A DNA stretch of 64,000 nucleotides from NCBI GenBank assembly GCA_951406725.2, contig OX597834.1, forward strand, positions 9,300,001 through 9,364,000. Direction: 5' to 3'. The translations under genes and the position numbers were made by a program. Every line of letters begins with the position of its first letter. The stretch's first letter is position 1. Below the pieces are notes generated by a model, which saw nothing but the letters and a program-made list of their open reading frames with translations, did no database searches and had not been told where the DNA came from. This DNA is from Octopus vulgaris. Taxonomy: Eukaryota. Of the stretch, positions 55,573 to 64,000 are shown in pieces.

Positions 55573-56439
55573 ATATATTAGAGTCTCTCTCAATATTAAT
55601 ATGGTTGTGTGTGTGTATGTGTGTGTGTATGTGTGTGTGTGTGTGTGAACATTCATACATCTTCCAGATTCGTTAATATTTATTATTTTTTTATGAACAA
55701 GAGGAAAAAAAAAACAAAGAAAAAGAAATTTAACACAAAACACACACAGATTCCAAGGCTGACATATCCACTAAGTCTCTGTATTCTTCTTTCTCTCCTT
55801 CTGTATATTTTTGTCTGCGTTTCAAAGTATATGTGTGTATAGGTAAGTGCTTAAATACGTATAAAAATTCGATGTAGGCGCACACACACACACACACACT
55901 CAAATATATACGTGTGTGTGTGTGTACAAACGATTACAACCATGAGCGTAGAAGCCTGTATTACACTCTCACATTCGGACACCATCTTTTTCCCAAAATT
56001 GCATTTTTAATTGATGTTTAACGATTTCTCCTTGACTGTGTATGTGTGCGTGTGTGATTATGTGTGCGTGTGTGATTATGTGTGCGTGTGTGATTATGTG
56101 TGCTGGTGGGGGTGGTGGGGTATTTACTGCTTCGCTTGACTGCTTATGTGCATTGTTTTTTATGGTTGACTGACTCTGCATGTATGTGCATAATATATAC
56201 GTTACAATGTTGTTTTTCTTTGGAGCGAGTATGTCGAGTGTATATATGCACATCCTCTTACACATGTCCATGTGTATCTGTGTGTGAGTATGCAAGTGAA
56301 TATGTATCTGTGTAAACACACACATACACTTATATGTGTATGTACAAAGGTTTTTGTATGTATGTATGTTATGTGTGTATATATGTATGTATATAAATGC
56401 ATGTATGTGTATTCATATATGTTTATATGCATGTATGAA

Positions 56440-56440
56440 C

Positions 56441-56527
<87 letters not shown>

Positions 56528-56530
56528 ATG

Positions 56531-56593
<63 letters not shown>

Positions 56594-56604
56594 GTATATT
56601 TATA

Positions 56605-56657
<53 letters not shown>

Positions 56658-56686
56658 ATATATATTGTATATTTATATGTGCATAC

Positions 56687-56717
<31 letters not shown>

Positions 56718-56765
56718 ACTATGTATATGTATATATATATATATTGTATATTTATATGTGCATAC

Positions 56766-56797
<32 letters not shown>

Positions 56798-56800
56798 GCC
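56440..56800. repeat. (TA)n compound microsatellite
   Basis: Seen directly. Confidence 0.93.
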
Positions 56801-56880
56801 TATGTATATACACATCTATGTGTGAGTGTGTGCATACACATCTATGTGTGAGTGTGTGTGCATATACATACATATATATG

Positions 56881-57715
56881 GGGGGACGTGTTGCATATTT
56901 CCATCTGAATGTCTCTAAGTTGGCAATGTAACGCAGGCGACTGACTGGATGTATGCTTAGAACTTATAAAAGAGAGTTCGGGAAATCATGATAGTCCTCC
57001 GGAGGACATTTGCCCTAAGCCGGTTGACTATTGTTCCTTGCTCTAGTCACCAATCAATGTAAAATCCATGCAGAACCGGATGCAATACGACGTCGTTACA
57101 CGAAGAAGATAGCCTCTATGCAGCATAAAAGCTACTGGGAAAAACTCAAGAGATCGGGCTCTGTTCCCAGGAGCGTATATCAGGAAGGTCATTGAGGGAC
57201 TTTTCCCAAATTTTGGCATTGAGAGTTACACTAATGCTGGAAAAGGGCGCCACTGCATAATGCCAAAGACTTCAACTTTGCCGTCAAAATATAGGACAAG
57301 ATATTGCAATAGCCAAGGCTGTAACGGCCCACATCTCTTCAGTATTATCCCGGGGAACCTGAGAGAGCTACATGGTTTGTTCGACCGTGGTCGAGACAAT
57401 GGAATTTACCATACTACGCCAGACTTCACGGTCCATCATGGCATTACGGAGGTCCTGTTGCTGGATGCCTGTATCCCTGGAGATTACATCAGGGAGCTAC
57501 ATGTCTTCAAAACAAACCAAGATTTCTCCCTGTCAAGAGACCCAGCTGAAACATCTTCACAACTGGACGTGCGTATGAGGGCAGCCGCGACAAATTCCTT
57601 CATGCACAGAATGTCAATTTCTAAAGAGAATTAGTAAAGTAAAAATTATGTAGCAACTACAAATGGCGGTGCCCCAGCATGGCCACAGCCCGTGTGCTGA
57701 AACTAGTGAAGAAAA
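56881..57715 (+). mobile_element. 3' fragment of CR1-group LINE
   Basis: DYCS, GLFPNFGIESYTNAGKGRHCIMP, RTRYCNS..GPHLFSIIP, RAAATNSF; tail GGCGGTGCCCCAGCATGGCCACAGC...GCTGAAACTA. Confidence 0.88.
57375..57493 (-). mobile_element. 119-bp 3' stub of RTE LINE with 10-bp TSD
   Basis: Close match to ~28220-28336; GAGCTACATG at 57365-57374 and 57494-57503. Confidence 0.9.
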
Positions 57716-57744
57716 AACAAATAGGAAAATATGTATGTGGGCTT

Positions 57745-58121
57745 TTACTTTCATTATTTTACATCTTTCAGTCATTTGACTGCGACCCTGCTAGAGCACA
57801 GTTTTTAGTCTAACAATTTGACACCAGTACTTATTCCATCGGTCTCTTTTCCCGAACCGTTAACTTACGTGGACAAAAGCGTAACAACGTCGGTTCCCAA
57901 GTGTTTTTGGTGGTGGACACACACACATACACATACAAACACTCTCACATACATATAGATATATCGGAAGGGTTTCTTTCAGTTTCTGGTTACAAAAATC
58001 CACTCTCAAGCTTTTGGTCCGCACGAGATTTTAGTAGAAGGCAATTTCCCAGGGTGCCACACAGTGGGACAAAACCTGGATCTATGACTTTGGGAAGCAA
58101 CATTCTCATTACACAGCCTCG

Positions 58122-58124
<3 letters not shown>
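57745..58124 (-). mobile_element. SINE family B, diverged
   Basis: TTTCAGTCATTTGACTGCG...GGTGCCACACAGTGGGAC. Confidence 0.82.
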
Positions 58125-58210
<86 letters not shown>

Positions 58211-58267
58211 GTGTTGGCACACATGTATATATAAATGTATGTATATATATACATATGAATATATATA

Positions 58268-58329
<62 letters not shown>

Positions 58330-58452
58330 TATTTGTGTTGGCACACATGTATATATAAATGTATATATATATATATATATATATTCAGTTATAAGTATAT
58401 ATATATATATGGAATTATTTGCATATATATACGTATGTATGTGTATATATGT

Positions 58453-58499
<47 letters not shown>

Positions 58500-58540
58500 T
58501 ATATGTTTGCATATATACATATATACATATGTATATACAC

Positions 58541-58573
<33 letters not shown>

Positions 58574-58739
58574 CATGTACATACATATATATGTATGTAT
58601 ATACATATATATACATATATATATATATACATGTACATACATATATATGTATGTATATACATATATATACATATATATATATATATACGTACATACATAT
58701 ATATGTATGTATATAGATATATTTGCGTGTATATGTGTT

Positions 58740-58965
58740 TGGGTGTCTTCCAGTGCGTTTTGTGTCTGTGTCAACTCAGGGCTTGATAGTCAGTCTTGGC
58801 TTCTGTTCACCTCGATGTAACTTAGCAGTTCGGCAAGACAACGATAGAAAATGTGTCAGGCTTAAGATAGAAAAGAATACAAGTAATTAGAGGTGATGAT
58901 TTCTCTACTAAAAATGCATGGCGGTGCCCCAGCGTGGCCGCAGTCTAATGACTGAAATAAATAGA
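58740..58965 (+). mobile_element. 3' half of a SINE B-like copy
   Basis: GTAACTTAGCAGTTCGGCAA...GGCGGTGCCCCAGCGTGGCCGCAGTCTAATGACTGAAA. Confidence 0.75.
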
Positions 58966-58986
58966 AGTTATATCAGATATATACAT

Positions 58987-59030
<44 letters not shown>

Positions 59031-59230
59031 CGTGTGTATGTAAATATATATATATGTGTGTGTGTGTGTATGTATATATGTGTGTGTGTGTGTGTATGTA
59101 TATATATGTGTGTATGTATATATATGTGCGTGTGTACGTATATATATATATGTGTGTGTGTATGTATTTATATATATGCACGTATGTATATATATATATA
59201 TATGTGCGTGTGTATATATATATGTATTTA

Positions 59231-59300
<70 letters not shown>

Positions 59301-60524
59301 TAAACATATATATGTATATTTGACTAAGTTCTCATAAATGTGCACTCGCGCGTGCGCACACACAAGCACACACGCACGAACACATATGTGTATGTATATT
59401 GGTATGCATTCGTCTTTGATTTTGGACACTTGTCTGAATGTGTGCCGGTGTGCTGATGTCCGTACGAATGACAGAAGATGAAAGTGGATAGAGCCAGTGA
59501 GGAGAGGGCTAGCTAGAGGAATGGACAGAGGGGGAGAGAAAGAGAGAGAGTGCGTGTGTGTTGTCGATAAAACGACAGTTAGAGAGAGAGAGAGAACTTG
59601 AGCAACTGAACGGGATGAAGAGAAGTGCAGAGGGCGAGTGCGCGTTGAAAGTGAGAGAGCAGTAAAAAAAGAGCGGAATTCCGGAGAGTGATAAAGATAG
59701 TGAGTGATAGAAAAAGGAAAGGTAGAGAATGATGGAGGGGGGGGGGGAGAAAAAAAGAGGGTGTGATTGCTACGATTGAGGAAGAAGAGAAAGAGAGAGT
59801 TAGTTATGTAGTGTGTCTGAGAGAGGTTTTCTAGGTATATAAAAAATATTGTATATATATATTCCTAGAAAACTCTCACACCTCTCAAACAATCCTTTCT
59901 CTCTCACTCTCTTTATATATATATATATATGTGTGTGTGTGTATATGTGTATATATGTGTGTATATGTGTATATATGTGTGTATATGTGTATATATATGT
60001 GTATATATGTATATATGTGTGTATATATGTATATGTATGTATGTATATGTATGTATATGTGTATATGTATGTATGTATATGTATATATATATGTATATAT
60101 GTGTGTATATATGTACATATGTGTATATATATGTATATATGTGTGATATATGTATGTATATATGTGTATATATATATATATGTATATATATATACGCAGT
60201 GAACGAGAGAAAGTAAGAAAATCTGAAAGAGAAGGATTATGCTATTTGGGAAGAGTGTGTCGGGGAGAGTGTGTTAGGAGAGCTCGTTAAGGGAAAAGGG
60301 GAGAGTGGCAGTCAGTCAATTTGTGCGTATGTGTGTGCGTGTACGCTCGTAGGTGTGTGTGTGTGTGTGTTTGTGTGAGTGTGTATGTGTGTGTGTGTGC
60401 GTTCGTGTGTGTGTTGTAAATTTGGCTTGAGAGAAGTGGAAGTCATGCTAAAGTGAGAAAGTGTAAGAGAGTGATAGAGAGAGAGAGAAATTGTCTGAGT
60501 GAAAGAGATTCTGAGAGTGTGTTG

Positions 60525-60830
60525 GGGAGAGAGAAAGGGAGAGTAAGCGAGAAAGATAAGGAGAGATGAGTTGGAGAGAAAGGAAAGGAGAGTAAGCGAG
60601 TAAGAAAAAGAGAGAAGAGTTAGAGAGAAAGAAAATGAGAGTAAGCGAGAAAGAAAAGGAGAGATGAGTTGGAGAGAAAGGAAAGGAGAGTAAGCGAGGA
60701 AGAAAAGGAGAGAAGAGTTAGAGAGAAAGGAAAGGAGAGTAAGCGAGAAAGAAAAGGAGAGAAGAGTTGGAGAGAAAGAAAAAGGAGAGTAAGCTAGAAA
60801 GAAAAGGAGAGAATGAGTTAGAGAGACGTA
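60525..60830. repeat. purine-rich minisatellite (GAGAGTAAGCGAG..GAAAAGGAGAGA.GAGTT.GAGAGAAAG)
   Basis: About 6 imperfect units. Confidence 0.85.
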
Positions 60831-61135
60831 GAGGGCGAAATAGTGGTATACGAGACGATACATAAATGACGTGTACGAGAGGGAGTCATTCTTGCACCAG
60901 TGTTGTTAGCTAACAGGAGACAGAGAGAGAGTGTGTGTGTGTGTGTATAAGAGCATAGAAGGGGTGGCAGAATGGGTATCAGTGTGTCTGTGTATGTGAG
61001 AGAGAGTGAGGGTGAGAGCTGTTCTTCAACCAGTGTTCTTCGCTAGGACAAATGTACGTTATGTGAAATTAGTCAATACAACAATAGCTAATATACTATT
61101 GTAGTAGCGAACTGTGATTAAGGCTGCATGTCTCT

Positions 61136-61185
<50 letters not shown>

Positions 61186-61499
61186 TACTACTACTACTAC
61201 TTTCTACTACTAATACTACTACTAGTAGTAGAAGTAGAAGTAGAAGTGACTTGATGCCTTTTGCAAGACTGCACCCACTGTCTCTAGCGCTCTCTCTTTC
61301 TCTCTCTCTCTCTTTCTCTATTTCTCTCTCTCTCTCTCTATTTCTTTCTGCGTGTGTGTGCATGTGTATGTGTGTGTGTGCGTGTGTGTGTGTGTGCGTG
61401 TGTGTATAACTTGTCCGTAATTGTGTGAATGCGTATGTGGACCTGAGTGTAGGCTATTTCGTTCTTTTTCGTTCGTGTGTGTATTGAGAGGTAACGTAG

Positions 61500-61885
61500 A
61501 TGTATGTATGTACGTATGCATTCACGTATGTATGTATGTATGTATGTATGTATGTATGTATGTATGTATGTATGTACGTATGCATTCACATATGTATGTA
61601 TGTATGTATGTATGTACGTATGCATTCACATATGTATGTATGTACGTACGTACGTACGTATGTACGTACGTACGTATGTACGTACGTACGTATGTACGTA
61701 TGCATTCACATATGTATGTATGTATGTATGTGTGTATGTATGTATGTGTGTGTATCTATGTATGTGTGTGTGTGTGTATGTATGAATGTATGTATATATG
61801 TATGAATGTGTGTGTGTATGTATGTATGTGTGTGTATGTGTGTGTGTATGTATGTATGTATGTGTGTGTGTATGTAGGTATGTGG
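61500..61885. repeat. (TATG)n/(TACG)n tetranucleotide tract with recurring GCATTCAC
   Basis: Seen directly. Confidence 0.92.
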
Positions 61886-62316
61886 ATAGGTAGGTATTTG
61901 CGTAACTATGTGATCATTGATCAGAAACTGTGTTTAGCGTTTCTCATTAGTGTGTTTACGTAACCAGCCGTATGTCTTTACTTATCTCTCTCTATCTCTA
62001 TCTCTCTATCTATCTCTATCTATCTATCTATCTTCCTCTTTTTCTTTCTCTCACTCTCTCTCTCTCTCTCTTGTGCGTGTGCAAGTGTGAAGTCTCAAGT
62101 CTGGAAGTGGGTGCTTGCAACTGCAAGTATGTGTGTGTGTAAGGGAGAGTGAAAGAGAGAGAGAGAAGAGGAGGAGGAAGTGGAGAGGAGTATATATGTG
62201 TGTTAGTTGTCTGCAGGTCACTCAGCCCCTTGTCTCTCTGCATTTCTCCATTTCTCTTTCACCTATTCACTCTCTACCTTCTCTCTCTCTCTCTGTTTGT
62301 GTCTCTCTTTATCTCC

Positions 62317-62347
<31 letters not shown>

Positions 62348-62649
62348 TCTCTCTCTCCATCACTATCTCTCTCTCCATCTCTCTCCTCTCTGGAGGAGCT
62401 GCACTACCTGTGATGTTGGTCCTTTTTCAGGTGGGAAAGAGGGAGTAAGGACGGTAAGCTGAAACCAGAGAACTGGTCTGAAATTTTGCAACAAAATTAT
62501 TTCTACTTAGGAAAAATATTTACCGAGTGCAGTTCACCGCCCTATACACACACACACACACACACACAGGTACACACACACGCACGGGTGCACACACACA
62601 CACACACACACACACAAGCAGCGTGGTTTAGCAAGAGCAGTTGTAGCGA

Positions 62650-63550
62650 TAATGGTTTCAAATTTGGGACAAAGTCAGCAATTACATCGACCCCAGTACT
62701 CAACTGGTACTTAATTTATCGACCCCGAAAGGATGAAAGGTAATGCACTCAACTGGAACCTATTTTCTCGCCTAAAGCCACGAGGACCTGAAAATTGTGA
62801 GGAGGGGACTGGTCGACACCAGTGCTCAACGGGTACTTAATTTATCGACCCTGAATGGATGAAAGGCAAAGTCGACCTCGGCAGAATTTGAACTCAGACC
62901 GAGCAGACGGGCGAAATTCCGCTTAGCATTTATCTCTGCGCGTTAACGATTCTGATTATTATTTTTGAAATATAGATTTCAAATTTTGGCGCAAGGCCCG
63001 TATTGCGAAGGAGAGATCCAGTCGATTTTTATCCACCCAGCGTTCAACTGGTACTTATTTTCTCCATCGCGAAAGCCTGACAGGTAACGTCAACCGCAGC
63101 ATTAAATTAACTCAGAACAGGGCGGCGAGCTGGTAGAATTGTTAACACACCAGGCCAAATGTTTAATGGTATTTCGTCTACCGCTAAGTTCTGAGTTCAA
63201 ATTCCGCCGAGGTGGACTTTGCCTTTCATCCTTTCGGGGTCGATAAATTAAGTACCAGTTACGCACTGGGGTCGATGTAATCCCTTTGTCTGTCCTTGTT
63301 TGTCCCCTCTTTGTTTAGCCCCTTGTGGGTAGTAAAGAAACAGGATTTCGTCTACCGCTATATTCTGAGTTCAAATTCTGCCGAGGTCGACTTTGTCTTT
63401 CCTCTTTTCGGGGTTGATAAAACAAGTACCAGTCGCGTACTAAGGTCGATTTAATTAACTGCTACCCTCCCCCAAATTCCAAGGCTTGTGCCTGGATGAA
63501 ATACGGCTAAGCATTTTTCCCGGTGTACTAAAGATTCTGCCAACTTGCAG
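62650..63550. mobile_element. SINE C cluster: minus-strand copies with a plus-strand dimer (63120-63493) nested in the last one
   Basis: The minus copy breaks at CTCAGAAC (63118) and resumes at GGATGAAATACGGCTAAGCATT (63494). Confidence 0.85.
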
Positions 63551-63731
63551 TAGTCGAGTAATACAGATATTGACCATAAATACTTAGCAAAATCCGAGTT
63601 CAAATACAGGTGCGAAATTATAGAAAAGCAACCGGTTATGTTTTAGTGTACGAATTTATAGAATTTTATGTACATCATATATATGTTTATATATGTGTGT
63701 GTGTGAATGCGTCTCTGTTGTACACACACAA

Positions 63732-63777
<46 letters not shown>

Positions 63778-63781
<4 letters not shown>

Positions 63782-64000
63782 GCAGGAGTGGCTGTGTGGT
63801 AAGTAGCTTGCTTACCAACCACGTGGTCCCGGTTCAGTCCCACTGCGTGGTACCTTGGGTAAGTGTCTTATACTATAGCCTTGGGCCGACCAAAGCCTTG
63901 TGAGTGGATTTGGTAGATGGAAACTGGAAGAAGCCCGTCGTATATGTATGTGTTTGCATATGTGTGTGTTTGTATGTCTGTGTTTGCATATGTGTGTGTT
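63778..64000 (+). mobile_element. SINE family B, 5' half running off the window
   Basis: CGCAGGAGTGGCTGTGTGGTAAGTAGCTTGC...GAAGCCCGTCG. Confidence 0.92.

Overview
This is eukaryotic non-coding DNA, AT-rich and saturated with repeats. The SINE families and extreme microsatellite load point to an Octopus/coleoid cephalopod genome; that is my recognition of the repeats, not a search result. No host protein-coding gene is supported: almost all listed ORFs are translations of (TA)n, (CA)n, (ATT)n, (ACT)n or (CT)n tracts. Real content: decayed CR1-group and RTE-type LINE fragments, several tRNA-derived SINE families (dozens of copies, some nested, with visible target-site duplications, TSDs), non-autonomous Helitrons, Tc1/mariner-type MITEs, fold-backs and one 100-N gap. 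The main signal is about a dozen type I hammerhead-ribozyme (HHR) motifs, intact or decayed, in several unrelated short elements that mostly abut (TA)n, as expected for Penelope-like element termini. Two stand out. One is a tRNA-headed SINE whose 3' part carries an intact-core HHR (55283-55572). The other is a perfect 140-bp palindrome encoding an HHR on each strand (42720-42859). All ribozyme calls come from manual motif and base-pair inspection; activity is untested.
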